Source: Pseudobacteriovorax antillogorgiicola
GTDB taxonomy: Bacteria > Bdellovibrionota_B > Oligoflexia > Oligoflexales > RGVZ01
NCBI GenBank assembly: GCA_945865565.1
Contig: CAMBEK010000001.1
Coordinates: forward strand, 163,795-227,794
DNA length: 64,000 bases
Direction: 5' to 3'
The translations under genes were made by a program, and so were the position numbers. The notes under the pieces are model-generated. The model ran no database searches. It was not told the origin of the DNA and was given only the letters and a program-made list of their open reading frames with translations. Of the stretch, positions 22,822 through 36,509 are shown piece by piece (position 1 is the stretch's first letter; every line of letters begins with the position of its first letter).

Positions 22822-23907
22822 TTAGAGGGACATGGAAACGAACACCGGAATAAGAAGTCCGAACGAGGATTTTTTATGGTCCAAGGCCTTCATTAAATCG
22901 GCCGACTCGTCGGAAGATTTTGAGCTGTTTGCGTCGGTAATCGTTGTCGTTTGTGTCAGCCCCAACTCTGCAACCGGGAGGAGCGCTCTGATTCCGACGC
23001 CGAGCCCAAAAGATTTTCCAATTTGAAATCCGTAATCTGCCCCAACTTGCAGGGACAGTACCGAGAGGCTTGATTTAATGCTCGCCAAACTGCTGTTGGA
23101 GCTGTCGGCATCGTCGTGAAGCGAGGCGTCTACCTGAGCCGTTGAAGCCGTTAAATCAAGGCCACCGGAAAGAGCCAGCCCACCAATTCCAGCAGCCGGT
23201 TTTTTAAAGAAATAATTATAATATCCACTGAAGGCGCTGACAGTGTGAGACGCCTCGACATACTTTTGGCGGTTGGTCACGTCATAATCGGTCTGCAGTG
23301 CCAGCGCCTTCGAGAATTTCATTTCGCTGTCACCATAGACCGCATAACGCACACCAAACTGGCCCCAATTTCTGCTTAAAAACTCTATGCCGGCACTTAT
23401 TTTTTCCACATTGATCCGCTTGTTTGTGGTCTCCCACAAGGAAACTCCCGACGCCCCCAGGGCGGGGGGCACATAGCCAACCTTGGCCACACTGAAGACA
23501 CCGAGGCCCGGGGCCGTCACCAGACGAACCGAATACCCGCCGGATTTTTTCTTTTTCCCCTTCTCTGCAGCGACGCCACTCGCACCCACATCTGCAACGG
23601 AAGCTAGCGGCTGGGTGGCAGAAATTTGCATTTTGAAACCCGGCTTAACCTGAGCCGCGGACCCGACAGGCGAAGTCTTGACCACGACCACGGTGGTGGA
23701 GACCTTGACGATTTTTCCGCAAGCCACAGTCGTATTGCCATCATCCAGGAAACAGGCAAATTGTCCCGCCTTGATGGTGGCTGTGCTTTCAAAGGTCACG
23801 AGCACCCAGCCCTTCTCAGGTAATACTTTGGAAACTTTTTGAGCCAAAGCGGGGCGGGCAAAAAAAGTTAGGACCAGGAAAATAAAAAACCAGCTTTTGC
23901 GGATCAT
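22822..23907 (-). CDS. Secreted protein with a predicted C-terminal beta-barrel (outer-membrane protein), family unknown
   Basis: 361 aa. The signal peptide is MIRKSWFFIFLVLTFFARPALAQ. A small N-terminal domain and a K-rich linker are followed by alternating-hydrophobicity strands rich in G/S/Y. Confidence 0.55.
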   Translation of the reverse strand: MIRKSWFFIFLVLTFFARPALAQKVSKVLPEKGWVLVTFESTATIKAGQFACFLDDGNTTVACGKIVKVSTTVVVVKTSPVGSAAQVKPGFKMQISATQPLASVADVGASGVAAEKGKKKKSGGYSVRLVTAPGLGVFSVAKVGYVPPALGASGVSLWETTNKRINVEKISAGIEFLSRNWGQFGVRYAVYGDSEMKFSKALALQTDYDVTNRQKYVEASHTVSAFSGYYNYFFKKPAAGIGGLALSGGLDLTASTAQVDASLHDDADSSNSSLASIKSSLSVLSLQVGADYGFQIGKSFGLGVGIRALLPVAELGLTQTTTITDANSSKSSDESADLMKALDHKKSSFGLLIPVFVSMSL

Positions 23908-25082
23908 GACTTCTCCAGTTTGATCGAACGCCAGTCAATGGATCTTACAAACCACCCAGTTGTGGCATGGAATACTAGAGACTCAAGTTCCAAAACAAGG
24001 GACTGTTTTCCCGGTGGCAATCCACTGAATAAAACCGGTTCAACACTCGCTCGACCGGCCTTTGGATCAAAGGTGCAGTAAAGGGATCCGGTTTCTCCGG
24101 CCTTTCCAATGCGCAGATGGATAAAGGCCTTTGCTGGCAGGTTTTCCCACTGCCAGGCAACCGTTAGTGGGTATGCGCGATCAAGCGGGATGAAAGCCTC
24201 CGCATCAGACAGTTTTACTTCTGGCAGGGTCGTTCTTGTCCGCTGGGAGACCTCAACCGACGTGAGCCTTGCTGGCGGGCGGATTTTCACCAGGACATTT
24301 TCACGGTCCGGTGTCCGGTAGGTCCATTCCCATTCGGGATTACCAAATTGCAGGGCGTTGAAGACGGCGAGAAGGCGTGAATCCTTCTCGGTCGCCTCGC
24401 CTGTGGCGAACCCCCGCATGGCAAGTGAGGCCAACCCGCCCTTGCCAAGGCCAGAGCGACCCGTCCAGGTCAACTCATCCAGGGCCGGGCTGCAGCCAAG
24501 GTTGGAACTGCTGCGGCCAATGATGTCCGAAGCCGTCATGGGGGGGTCAAGGCGCGCCTTTTGAATCTCTGCGGTCCGCAGGGGGGCATTGAAGCGGGCC
24601 ATCATAATTTCTTCGTACTCGCCATTTCGGTTCCGAACGGCACCGCTTTCTCCGGTGGATTCCCGGATTACAAGCACTTCGCCCTTTTCCTTGGTGTCGG
24701 TTGCGGTCCAAACAAAAATCCCGAAGTTGTAAACGGTCTCAGCATTGATGCCGGTTACGGTCTCATTGAATTCAGATCGCGGCTTATCTAGCCCGCTGCA
24801 CGAGGAACGAACTGGGGCGTTTTCAGATGGTGACCCGGAGGGATCCTGGGAGTAGTAGAAAATTTCGCAAGAAGCGTCTTCACGGGTTGAAAATTGAATT
24901 TGGGCTGATGTGCCATCACCAAGTCTGGTGAAAGCAACTTCACTTGGAATGAGGTACTTATAGCTGGTCCTGTGGTTCACCGTGCTTGGCTGGGTGCCGA
25001 GTTTGCAGCCAAAAAGACCACCGGCGGCCAAGATTATTCCGATTAAACAACGGATTGAGTTCATTTTCCGGTTGCCCGCCAT
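23904..25082 (-). CDS. Lipoprotein of unknown function
   Basis: 392 aa with the lipobox ...ILAAGGLFGC. Its stop overlaps the downstream gene start by 4 nt. The alternative start MNSIRC is at 25064. Confidence 0.6.
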   Translation of the reverse strand: MAGNRKMNSIRCLIGIILAAGGLFGCKLGTQPSTVNHRTSYKYLIPSEVAFTRLGDGTSAQIQFSTREDASCEIFYYSQDPSGSPSENAPVRSSCSGLDKPRSEFNETVTGINAETVYNFGIFVWTATDTKEKGEVLVIRESTGESGAVRNRNGEYEEIMMARFNAPLRTAEIQKARLDPPMTASDIIGRSSSNLGCSPALDELTWTGRSGLGKGGLASLAMRGFATGEATEKDSRLLAVFNALQFGNPEWEWTYRTPDRENVLVKIRPPARLTSVEVSQRTRTTLPEVKLSDAEAFIPLDRAYPLTVAWQWENLPAKAFIHLRIGKAGETGSLYCTFDPKAGRASVEPVLFSGLPPGKQSLVLELESLVFHATTGWFVRSIDWRSIKLEKS

Positions 25083-25192
25083 GGAAATGCGTGTTTTCTC
25101 AAGAATTCTATCAATTTGCCGGGCAGTGACCTAGCATGCAGGGCAACCCAATTCGGGCTGTGCGTTTCAATCATACGTAAGGACAAGGAATC

Positions 25193-25882
25193 ATGGATTT
25201 TCTTGCGCTACTTCCAAAAGCCCTGACTTGGTTTCTGGCAATGCTGTTTTCGCTCAGCTTTCACGAAGCAGCTCATGCCTTCAGTGCTAAAATTTGTGGT
25301 GATAAAACAGCCGAACGCCTCGGGCGCCTTACCCTGAACCCGGTCGCCCACGCAGATATTTTGGGAACCATCGTGCTGCCTCTTGTGGGTCTTTTGGCCC
25401 AGCTTCCAGTCTTGGGGTGGGCCAAGCCCGTCCCCGTGGATGAACGCAATTTTCGCCGCTGGCCCAGGGTTTCTCACGCCTTCGTCTCGGCAGCAGGTCC
25501 GCTTTCCAATCTGATCATTTGCCTTTTGTGTGTTGCTGGGCTGACGGCTTACCAATTGTTTCTGACCACATCGATTCCAAAAGGGTCGTTCTTTTATCCC
25601 TTAATCGGACTGATGGAGGCGATGGTTTGGATCAACGCCATCCTGGCGGTCTTCAACATGATTCCGCTGCCCCCCCTTGACGGCGCAGCGGTGCTCCAGC
25701 TTATCCTGCCAAAGGAGATGGCCGAGGCCTATCAGCGCGTTGTCGCGCCCGTCGGTTTTTTCATATTACTCGCCCTCATGATGAGCGGCGGGCTCAGCTG
25801 GGTTTCCCAAGTCGCCAAGGCATACGTTTTGTTTTGCGGGGCTTTGGTGGAACACGTTGCCAGGTTGGCTTTGGCCGGTTGA
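25193..25882 (+). CDS. Peptidase M50 family (site-2 protease-like) membrane metalloprotease
   Basis: 229 aa, polytopic, with FHEAAHAF (HExxH) and FNMIPLPPLDG (NxxPxxxLDG). Confidence 0.85.
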   Translation: MDFLALLPKALTWFLAMLFSLSFHEAAHAFSAKICGDKTAERLGRLTLNPVAHADILGTIVLPLVGLLAQLPVLGWAKPVPVDERNFRRWPRVSHAFVSAAGPLSNLIICLLCVAGLTAYQLFLTTSIPKGSFFYPLIGLMEAMVWINAILAVFNMIPLPPLDGAAVLQLILPKEMAEAYQRVVAPVGFFILLALMMSGGLSWVSQVAKAYVLFCGALVEHVARLALAG

Positions 25883-25904
25883 AGTAAACGGACCACTCAG
25901 ATAG

Positions 25905-28527
<2,623 letters not shown>

Positions 28528-28531
<4 letters not shown>

Positions 28532-29130
28532 TGATCAATCGGACCAAACTGGTTCTAGTCCTTTCAACCCTGGCGCTATCAACCGCGGCCTTTCTGGCCC
28601 GCGAGCGGGGAAAGGCCCGCAATCGCCCGGTCTACGATGCAAACCTGCGGGAAGCTCGTATCACCTTCGAGGATTTCACAGCCACGCGATACGAGTCTGG
28701 CATTTTGACCAGTGTGGCCCGTGCAAAATCTGGTTATTTGCTTGAACCAAACATGCTGGAACTCTTTGGTGACGTGAGCTTCCGGACCCTCAAGGGTGAC
28801 AGAAAGAAACAGTACTGGGAGCAGCTCTACTGCGAGACGGCAACCGCCTATTTTCGCTCCAACAGTTTGGCGCAAATGATCACGTCGTCCTCGATGGACC
28901 GCATTGATTTGCGTGGTTTTGTGAAGATTGAGACCAAGGGCATGACATTAGAAACGGATTCGGCTGTGTACACCCAGGCCAACGGAATCCTTCAATCGAG
29001 CGCCATGACTCAACTGAGTGGCCCGGGGCATAACTTGAAGGGCGAGGGTGGATTTTCCTTTGACCTGCGTCGGGAAGAATTAAACATTGTCGGTCCAATC
29101 AGGGGGGGAGGCAGCTTTGAAATGCCGTAA
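28528..29130 (+). CDS. lptC: LPS export protein LptC (probable)
   Basis: 200 aa with an N-terminal TM anchor followed by a beta-rich periplasmic part. It sits between kdsD and lptA with a 4-nt overlap to kdsD. Confidence 0.6.
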
Positions 29131-29860
29131 TTCAAGCGGCGCCTTTGCGCGCACCCTTCTCCTTTCAATGGCTGTGGCGGCATGTGCTTCTGCAGTGGCT
29201 CCGTCCGCCCGGGCGGATCTGGTGGAGGAGGTTGAGGATCTTGACCGCCAGCCACGCGCCGACCAGCAGCCGACACCCAGCAGCAGTGATACCCCGTCGG
29301 CGGCTCCCCTTCGGTCCGAACGTGGGCCGGTGACACCGGCACCCAAACCGCAAGTTAAAAATAAGGCTGACGAGAAGACTGAAGATAAGGCTGAAGATCG
29401 GACTGACGATAAGGCGGGTGGCAAAGTCCGGGGTGAAAAACGACATAAGCCCGTCAAACGCGCGCCTATTCAGTTTGAAAGCAAGTCCCTTCAAGCCGTA
29501 AAAGACCAAAGCCGGGTTGTGTTACAAGAGGACGTTTTGATCACCCAAGGTGATTTCCGGCTTCAGGCCGATGAAGCGACCATTTATTTTGATAAAAAAA
29601 CCCGTGAGGCGATGAAGGTCATCGCAAGCGGGCGAGTCAAGGCTTTCAAATCAGATGTCGAGTTAAAACAGCGCGTGAAGGCCGAGTGCAACGAAGCCGT
29701 ATTCTACAATCAGGAACGGAAGATGGTCCTTCGGGGAAATGCCAAGCTCTGGCGCGGCGAAGATCTCGTTCGCGGAAAACAGATCACCTACGAACTAGAC
29801 ACAGGCTGGATCAAAGCAGATCGCGTTGAAGGCGTGGTTCAGCCTGGAGGAAAAAAATGA
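29087..29860 (+). CDS. lptA: LPS transport periplasmic protein LptA (OstA-N domain) with a long charged low-complexity N-terminal region
   Basis: 257 aa. The signal-like segment is TLLLSMAVAACASAVAPSARA. The OstA-like part is VLQEDVLITQGDFRLQADEATIYFDK...VLRGNAKLWRGEDLVRGKQITYEL. The start is uncertain. Confidence 0.75.
   Translation: MSVQSGGEAALKCRNSSGAFARTLLLSMAVAACASAVAPSARADLVEEVEDLDRQPRADQQPTPSSSDTPSAAPLRSERGPVTPAPKPQVKNKADEKTEDKAEDRTDDKAGGKVRGEKRHKPVKRAPIQFESKSLQAVKDQSRVVLQEDVLITQGDFRLQADEATIYFDKKTREAMKVIASGRVKAFKSDVELKQRVKAECNEAVFYNQERKMVLRGNAKLWRGEDLVRGKQITYELDTGWIKADRVEGVVQPGGKK
29363..29410 (+). repeat. Imperfect 24-nt tandem repeat inside lptA (encodes KADEKTED/KAEDRTDD)
   Basis: aaggctgacgagaagactgaagat and aaggctgaagatcggactgacgat match at 19 of 24 positions, counted by eye. 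A third partial unit, aaggcgggtggc, follows. Confidence 0.6.
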
Positions 29861-30612
29861 CACCCATGTCTGAAAAACCATACAGCGGCGTTTCTCGCCT
29901 TGAAGCGGACTCGATCTGTAAGTCTTTTAAAAGCCGAAAGGTTGTGAAGTCGGTTTCTTTTGAGGTCTCTACGGGCGAGGTGGTTGGTCTTTTGGGGCCA
30001 AATGGAGCCGGTAAAACAACCAGCTTTTACATGGTCGTTGGATTGTTGTTTCCGCAGGAGGGCAGAATTTTGCTCGATGGCGAAGACATCACCCACCAGC
30101 CGATGCACATGAGGGCTCGCCGGGGTATCAGTTATCTGCCTCAAAACATGTCTATTTTCAGGCGCTTGACGGTCGAGGACAACCTACTTTCCGTGATGGA
30201 AGTGTGTGGCATCGAGCGCCATCAGCGTCAGGCCCTTCTGGCAGACCTGTTGGAGAAGTTTCAGATTGGAGGGATTGCCAGCAGCAATGGCGCGGCCCTC
30301 AGTGGTGGCGAGCGCCGGCGCGTGGAAATTGCCCGCGCCCTTATCATAAATCCTAAATTTCTTCTCCTCGACGAACCCTTTGCCGGGATCGATCCGGTGA
30401 CCGTTCAAGAGATTCAAAAAATAATTTCACAACTTCGCAGCGACGGTCTTGGTGTTTTGATTACCGATCACAACGTGCGGGAAACACTTGGAAGTTGCGA
30501 TAGAGTTTATATTCTAACAGGCGGTCAAATCACGGCCCACGGCAAGCCCGAAGAGGTCGCCGCCCATCCCGAAGTCCGTGAAACCTACCTTGGGGAAAAT
30601 TTTCGCCTTTGA
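29857..30612 (+). CDS. lptB: LPS export ABC transporter ATPase LptB
   Basis: 251 aa. It has GLLGPNGAGKTTSFYMVVGL, LSGGERRRVEIARAL, and LLLDEPFAGIDP. It overlaps lptA by 4 nt. Confidence 0.94.
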   Translation: MTPMSEKPYSGVSRLEADSICKSFKSRKVVKSVSFEVSTGEVVGLLGPNGAGKTTSFYMVVGLLFPQEGRILLDGEDITHQPMHMRARRGISYLPQNMSIFRRLTVEDNLLSVMEVCGIERHQRQALLADLLEKFQIGGIASSNGAALSGGERRRVEIARALIINPKFLLLDEPFAGIDPVTVQEIQKIISQLRSDGLGVLITDHNVRETLGSCDRVYILTGGQITAHGKPEEVAAHPEVRETYLGENFRL

Positions 30613-30725
30613 GGCAATAAATTTTCTCTACCCCCCGAAGTTGGAATTTTTCTTGCAGAGGGGCGACAATAGATTTGGAGCTTTCGCTCCTTGAGTCTTA
30701 ACGTTTACAAAAAGGTTCCGCCCGC

Positions 30726-32210
30726 ATGGCTTTCGACTTGCGACCGAAACTTGGGTTCCGTCAGGATGTCCTGATGACCCCCCAGCTGCAACAGGCGATC
30801 AAGCTGTTGCAACTTTCGCGCTTGGAATTGGAACAGTATGTAGAAACCCAGCTTGCTGAAAATCCAATTCTGGAAGAATCAGCTGGTGACGCTGAATCCC
30901 CCGAAGAGGCGGTTCATGCCGAGCGTGAACGCGAACAAACAGAGCAGCAGGCCGTTGAGCATCGGATGGAAGAGGCTCAAAATATCGTGGACCGGGTGGG
31001 GAAAGACGCTCCCGAAACGGTCGATTGGGAATCTCTCGGAAATTCTGATGAATACCAGTCGTCGGCCTCTGCAAGCTCCATTCGTCGTACAAACAGCGGC
31101 GAAGATGATCAGCCAAATTACGAAAATGTGGTCAGCCGGGCGACCTCGCTGAACGAGCACCTTATGGGTCAGGTTGGCGAGCTTGATTTTGACGAAAGCG
31201 AAAAAAAGATCGCCACGGTGATCATCGGTAATATTGATGACAAGGGCTACCTCACCGTCTCTGTCGAAGAGATTTCCGCTCAAGAGGGCTTCGCCCTTGA
31301 TGAGGTCGAGGGCATCTTGGACACCATCCAGCGCTTTGATCCCCCGGGGGTTGCCGGGCGTGATCTGCGTGAATGCCTGTTGTTGCAGTTGCGTGCCGGA
31401 AAGTTAAAAAACGGAATCGTCGAGAAGATGGTCGAGTCCCACCTGCACCACCTTGAGACCCGCAACTACGCAGTCATTGCCAAAGCGCTAAAAATCCCGG
31501 TGGAAAAGGTCGTAGAGAACGCGGCAATCATTGGTGATTTAGAACCAATTCCGGGCCGGCCATTTGGTGCCGAATCGGCCCAATATATTGTGCCAGACGT
31601 TTATGTTTTCAAGCTCGGCGAAGACTGGGTGGTTTCATTGAACGAAGAGGGTCTTCCGCGTCTGAAACTGAATAATTATTACAAAGGGTTGCTCAGCAAA
31701 AAAGAAGCCCAGGGCAGCGACAAGACCTACCTTCAAGATAAATACAAGGCTGCAATCTGGCTGATTAAAAGCATTCAGCAGCGACAGAAGACGATTTTCC
31801 GGGTGGCGGAAAAGATCGTGGTCCGGCAAAAAGACTTCTTTGACCACGGAGTCGAACGGCTTAAACCGATGGTGTTGCGCGACATTGCCGAAGACATCAG
31901 CATGCACGAGTCAACCGTTAGCCGGGTCACAACCAACAAGTACATCCATACCCCACGCGGTATTTTTGAGCTGAAGTATTTCTTCAACAGTTCAGTGTCG
32001 AAGTCCGACGGGGACTCTGTCGCCAGCGAGTCGGTCAAACGCATGATTGCTGACCTGGTCAAGGTGGAGGACGTCAAGCATCCTCTTTCGGACCAGAAAA
32101 TTGTTGAGCTGCTCGAACAAAAAGGTATTCAGCTTGCCCGCCGGACCGTGGCAAAATACCGGGAGCAACTCAATATTCTGCCTTCAAGCAGGCGGAGAAA
32201 GCACTACTGA
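30726..32210 (+). CDS. rpoN: RNA polymerase sigma-54 factor
   Basis: 494 aa. It has the N-terminal Q/L-rich region I, an acidic region II, STVSRVTTNKYIHTPRGIFELKYFF, and the RpoN box ARRTVAKYR. Confidence 0.97.
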   Translation: MAFDLRPKLGFRQDVLMTPQLQQAIKLLQLSRLELEQYVETQLAENPILEESAGDAESPEEAVHAEREREQTEQQAVEHRMEEAQNIVDRVGKDAPETVDWESLGNSDEYQSSASASSIRRTNSGEDDQPNYENVVSRATSLNEHLMGQVGELDFDESEKKIATVIIGNIDDKGYLTVSVEEISAQEGFALDEVEGILDTIQRFDPPGVAGRDLRECLLLQLRAGKLKNGIVEKMVESHLHHLETRNYAVIAKALKIPVEKVVENAAIIGDLEPIPGRPFGAESAQYIVPDVYVFKLGEDWVVSLNEEGLPRLKLNNYYKGLLSKKEAQGSDKTYLQDKYKAAIWLIKSIQQRQKTIFRVAEKIVVRQKDFFDHGVERLKPMVLRDIAEDISMHESTVSRVTTNKYIHTPRGIFELKYFFNSSVSKSDGDSVASESVKRMIADLVKVEDVKHPLSDQKIVELLEQKGIQLARRTVAKYREQLNILPSSRRRKHY

Positions 32211-32212
32211 CG

Positions 32213-33115
32213 ATGTCTGACGCCACGGCACCCGAACAACCCCTTCTGATCGTCGTCACCGGGTTGTCCGGAGCAGGGCTTTCAACAGCCATTCGCGCCC
32301 TGCAAGACAGCGGTTTTTACTGCATTGACAACCTTCCCGTTGAACTTCTTGGACAAACCATAGACCTGATCAAGTCGGGGTCTTATGCATCCCGCGGGTT
32401 TGCCTTTGGCATGGATATTCGGGACCAGAAGTTTGCCGCGTCATTTCCTGCCATGAAGGAAAAACTTTCCGAGAGAATCCGGATCGACATGCTGTTTTTG
32501 ACGGCTGACGAAAAAACTTTGATGGCCAGATACGGGACTACCAGGCGCAAACACCCCCTCATGCCGCCTTCTGGCGGCAGCCTGTTGGAGGCGATTCGCC
32601 GCGAGAACCAGATGCTGGCTCCCATGGAACGCGCGGCTGACGTAGCCTTTGACACAACGACCTGGTCGCCGCAAACTTTGATGGCCGCCATTGAATCCCG
32701 CTATCACACGGAACTTGAGCCGCGTAAACTTCACGTCACAATCTCAAGTTTCGGCTTTAAACACGGTCAACTACGCCCGGCGGACATGATTTTTGACGCG
32801 AGGTTTCTGCCAAACCCCTATTTCGACCTTAAGCTGCGTGAGCGGTCTGGACTGGATCCGGAGGTTAAAAAAACCATCCTCCAGGACCCACTGGGCCGCG
32901 AATTCTTCAATCGTCTTGAGGATATGTGCCGGTTTCTCTTGCCGCAATTTTTTGCCGACGGAAAACATTACCTTCGCATCGGAATCGGATGCACCGGAGG
33001 CTATCACCGCAGTGTTTGTCTGGCCGAGGCCCTTGGGGAAGCCCTAAAGCGTAAAAAACAGGCAAATATCGAAATTGCTGTTGAGCACCGCGACCTGTTA
33101 ACATCTCGCCCCTGA
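32213..33115 (+). CDS. rapZ: RNase adapter protein RapZ (YhbJ P-loop ATPase)
   Basis: 300 aa. It has [32 protein letters not shown] and C-terminal [10 protein letters not shown]. Confidence 0.92.
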   Translation: MSDATAPEQPLLIVVTGLSGAGLSTAIRALQDSGFYCIDNLPVELLGQTIDLIKSGSYASRGFAFGMDIRDQKFAASFPAMKEKLSERIRIDMLFLTADEKTLMARYGTTRRKHPLMPPSGGSLLEAIRRENQMLAPMERAADVAFDTTTWSPQTLMAAIESRYHTELEPRKLHVTISSFGFKHGQLRPADMIFDARFLPNPYFDLKLRERSGLDPEVKKTILQDPLGREFFNRLEDMCRFLLPQFFADGKHYLRIGIGCTGGYHRSVCLAEALGEALKRKKQANIEIAVEHRDLLTSRP

Positions 33116-33171
33116 GGCGGTTATTTTTTAAATCCGCCCGGCGAATTTTCCAGCGCGAGCGGAGACCATTC

Positions 33172-36114
33172 ATGACTGCATCCAGCCGTTTTGATTTCAC
33201 ACAGGCGTTGACCGCAGACGACAACTTTTCTTCGCGCCACCTTGGGCCGTCACCGGCGGAAGAAAAAGAGATGCTTGCAGCGATCGGTTTTGAATCCCTC
33301 GCACACCTGAGCGATTCAGCCGTCCCGCAATCCATCAAGCTGACCGGTCCGCTTCAGATGGATAGCCGACGCTCAGAAGTTGAGGCGCTGGAAGAGCTTC
33401 GCGAATTGTCTTCGGCCAATAAGGTGCTTCGGCCATTTATCGGGATGGGCTACTACGGCACACTGACGCCGCCAGTCATTCAGCGCAACATTCTGGAAAA
33501 TCCAGGCTGGTACACCCAGTACACACCCTATCAGGCAGAGATCGCTCAAGGACGCCTTGAAGCCCTGCTCAACTTTCAAACCATGGTGTCTGATCTGACG
33601 GGACTGCCGGTTGCCAACGCATCTTTGCTCGACGAGGGAACTGCGGCGGGAGAGGCCGTAACGATGGCCTACGGGCTGCGCTCCAACGATCAAGCTCGCG
33701 TCGCCTTTGTTTCAAAAAATTGTCACCCGCAAACCATCGAACTGATCAAAACACGGTCGGAACCTTTGGGTATCGATGTTGTGGTTGGTGATGAGGCCAC
33801 CGCAAAAATTGATGAGAATGTATTCGCTGTCATCCTTCAGTATCCAGCCACAAACGGTTCTATCGGGCATCCCGAGGCCACCATCAAATCGGCAAAGGCC
33901 GCGGGCGCCATTGCCATTGTTGCGACGGACCTTCTTGCTCTGACCATTTTGAAATCTCCAGGCGACATGGGGGCAGACATTGCCATTGGAAGTGCCCAGA
34001 GGTTCGGTGTGCCATTTGGATACGGCGGACCTCACGCGGCGTTCATTTCGACTGTTGACGCACACAAAAGAAAACTGCCTGGCCGTTTGGTTGGTGTTTC
34101 CAAGGACCGCGAAGGTCGCACTGCGATTCGCTTGGCTCTGCAAACCCGCGAACAACACATTAGACGTGAGAAGGCGACCAGCAACATTTGCACGGCGCAG
34201 GTTTTACTTGCTGTTATGGCCAGCATGTATGCGGTTTATCATGGCCCAAAAGGTTTGCGCCGCATTGCGAACCGAATTCATGGTTGGACCCAAGTCCTGG
34301 CCGGGGCGTTGAAGCTTGCTGGATTTGAACTCCAGTCTGAGGCCTATTTTGACACCCTCACAGTGGCTGACACCAAGGCGTCAGCGATCATCCGAGCGGC
34401 GCTTGAAAGCGGGATCAACCTGCGCTCCTTCTGGAGTGGTGAAACAAATCTCGTTGGTGTTTCGTTGGATGAAACCGTTACGGAACGTGAGCTGATTGCA
34501 ATTGTCGCCGCCTTCATTTCCGGTGCCGGATCAGATGCCGACAGAAGTTCAGCGGCAACCAGAGCGGTGGATCTGGTTAATCAGGCAAAAGAAGTCGCCG
34601 CAAAAAAAGGTGTGTTTGCAGTTCCTCATGGGATGCTCCGCGCCGAGGGGTCGTATCTTACCCACCCGGTTTTTTCGAGCCATCACTCAGAAACAGACAT
34701 GCTGCGCTACATCCGCAGCCTTGAGGCAAAGGATTTGTCCCTCACCCACTCGATGATTCCTCTTGGCTCTTGCACAATGAAACTGAATGCGACGTCAGAA
34801 TTGATGCCGGTGACGTGGCCGGCGTTTAACGCCCTTCATCCTTTTGCTCCGCTGGATCAAGCCAAGGGCTACTCAAAATTGTTTCATGATCTTGAGTTTT
34901 GGCTTTCTGAAATCACCGGATTTGATGCGATATCACTGCAACCAAACTCAGGATCTCAAGGAGAGTACGCGGGACTTTTGGTCATCCGCGCCTGGCACCG
35001 GTCCAGAGGCAACGCAAACCGCGACGTCTGTATCATTCCCCAGTCCGCGCACGGCACAAACCCAGCCAGCGCCGTGTTGGCGGGGATGAAGGTGGTCGTT
35101 GTTGGTTGTGACAAACAGGGTAACGTTGACCTCGATGATTTGCGCGCTAAAGCCGCTGAGCACAGCAAAAACCTTGCGGCCTTGATGGTGACCTATCCCT
35201 CGACCCACGGGGTTTTCGAGGAACACATCAAAACCATTTGTGCTGTGATTCATGAACACGGCGGGCAAGTATACATGGACGGTGCCAACATGAATGCCCA
35301 AGTCGGACTTTGCCGGCCCGGAGACTTCGGACCCGATGTTTGTCACCTGAACCTGCACAAGACTTTTTGCATTCCCCACGGCGGCGGAGGCCCAGGTATG
35401 GGTCCCATTGGAGTCCGAAAACATCTGGCGGCGTTTCTACCGGGGCATCCGGTTGTGCCAATGGGTGGAGCCCAAGCCATCGGACCAGTTTCGGCAGCAC
35501 CGTGGGGCAGTGCCAGCATCCTGACCATCTCGTGGATGTATATCCGGATGATGGGTGCAGAGGGGCTGACCCGCGCAACTCAAACAGCGATTCTCAACGC
35601 CAATTACATGGCAAGACGTTTGGCTCCGCATTATCCCATTTTGTATCAGGGCAAGCATGATCTCGTAGCGCACGAGTGCATCATTGACCTGCGCGATCTC
35701 AAGGCAAAAGCCAACGTCGAAGTAGAGGACGTCGCCAAGCGTTTGATTGACTACGGTTTTCACGCGCCGACCGTATCCTGGCCAGTGGCTGGAACCCTGA
35801 TGATTGAACCAACGGAGAGCGAATCAAAAGAAGAACTCGACCGTTTCTGTGATGCCATGATTTCTATTCGCAAAGAGGTTGCGGAGATTGAGGCAGGCCA
35901 GGCAGACCGGACAAGCAATGTTTTGAAAAATTCGCCGCACACCGCTCAACTAGTGGCTGGCGACCACTGGCCGTATCCGTATTCGAGGGAGAAGGCCGTT
36001 TATCCAAGCCCAGCCACCCGAGCCAGAAAGTTCTGGCCGGCGGTTGCGCGAGTGGACAATGCACTCGGCGACAGGAATCTGGTTTGCTCCTGTCCCCCAG
36101 TTAGTGACTATTGA
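33172..36114 (+). CDS. gcvP: Glycine dehydrogenase (decarboxylating), single-chain P protein
   Basis: 980 aa. It has [24 protein letters not shown] and the PLP-Lys block [18 protein letters not shown]. Confidence 0.97.
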   Translation: MTASSRFDFTQALTADDNFSSRHLGPSPAEEKEMLAAIGFESLAHLSDSAVPQSIKLTGPLQMDSRRSEVEALEELRELSSANKVLRPFIGMGYYGTLTPPVIQRNILENPGWYTQYTPYQAEIAQGRLEALLNFQTMVSDLTGLPVANASLLDEGTAAGEAVTMAYGLRSNDQARVAFVSKNCHPQTIELIKTRSEPLGIDVVVGDEATAKIDENVFAVILQYPATNGSIGHPEATIKSAKAAGAIAIVATDLLALTILKSPGDMGADIAIGSAQRFGVPFGYGGPHAAFISTVDAHKRKLPGRLVGVSKDREGRTAIRLALQTREQHIRREKATSNICTAQVLLAVMASMYAVYHGPKGLRRIANRIHGWTQVLAGALKLAGFELQSEAYFDTLTVADTKASAIIRAALESGINLRSFWSGETNLVGVSLDETVTERELIAIVAAFISGAGSDADRSSAATRAVDLVNQAKEVAAKKGVFAVPHGMLRAEGSYLTHPVFSSHHSETDMLRYIRSLEAKDLSLTHSMIPLGSCTMKLNATSELMPVTWPAFNALHPFAPLDQAKGYSKLFHDLEFWLSEITGFDAISLQPNSGSQGEYAGLLVIRAWHRSRGNANRDVCIIPQSAHGTNPASAVLAGMKVVVVGCDKQGNVDLDDLRAKAAEHSKNLAALMVTYPSTHGVFEEHIKTICAVIHEHGGQVYMDGANMNAQVGLCRPGDFGPDVCHLNLHKTFCIPHGGGGPGMGPIGVRKHLAAFLPGHPVVPMGGAQAIGPVSAAPWGSASILTISWMYIRMMGAEGLTRATQTAILNANYMARRLAPHYPILYQGKHDLVAHECIIDLRDLKAKANVEVEDVAKRLIDYGFHAPTVSWPVAGTLMIEPTESESKEELDRFCDAMISIRKEVAEIEAGQADRTSNVLKNSPHTAQLVAGDHWPYPYSREKAVYPSPATRARKFWPAVARVDNALGDRNLVCSCPPVSDY

Positions 36115-36123
36115 TTCACCGCG

Positions 36124-36495
36124 TCAGTGCTCAGCAATAAAGGCTTCATATTCTTTGGCAGACATGAGGCCTGGGGCATCGCCAGACGGTGCGATCTGAA
36201 TCAGCCAGCCATTTTTGTAGGGATCCGTTTGCAGTGATTCCGGGCTTTTCAAAACAGCCTGGTTCACTGCCGTGATTTTTCCAGAAACCGGCATGTAGAG
36301 GTCGGAAACTGTTTTGGTGGATTCGATTGTTCCGAACGAAGCCCCTTGCTTCAAATCCTTGCCAACCTCTGGAAGTTCAATGTGAACGATGTCACCGAGT
36401 TGCTCGACGGCATATGCCGTCACGCCAATTTTTGAGTCGGAAGAGGAGACCCACTCGTGATCCTTGGTGTACTTCAATTCGTTTGGAAAGCTCAA
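36124..36495 (-). CDS. gcvH: Glycine cleavage system H protein
   Basis: 123 aa. It has YTKDHEWV... and the lipoyl-Lys block GTIESTKTVSDLYMPVSG. Confidence 0.95.
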   Translation of the reverse strand: MSFPNELKYTKDHEWVSSSDSKIGVTAYAVEQLGDIVHIELPEVGKDLKQGASFGTIESTKTVSDLYMPVSGKITAVNQAVLKSPESLQTDPYKNGWLIQIAPSGDAPGLMSAKEYEAFIAEH

Positions 36496-36509
36496 TGTAG
36501 GGTCTCCCG

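Noticed and set aside
33116-33171. Hairpin GGCGG-N13-CCGCC after rapZ as a terminator or as a riboswitch for gcvP
   Set aside because: The stem is only 5 bp with a long AT-rich loop and no trailing T-run. The spacer is too short (56 nt) for a glycine riboswitch.
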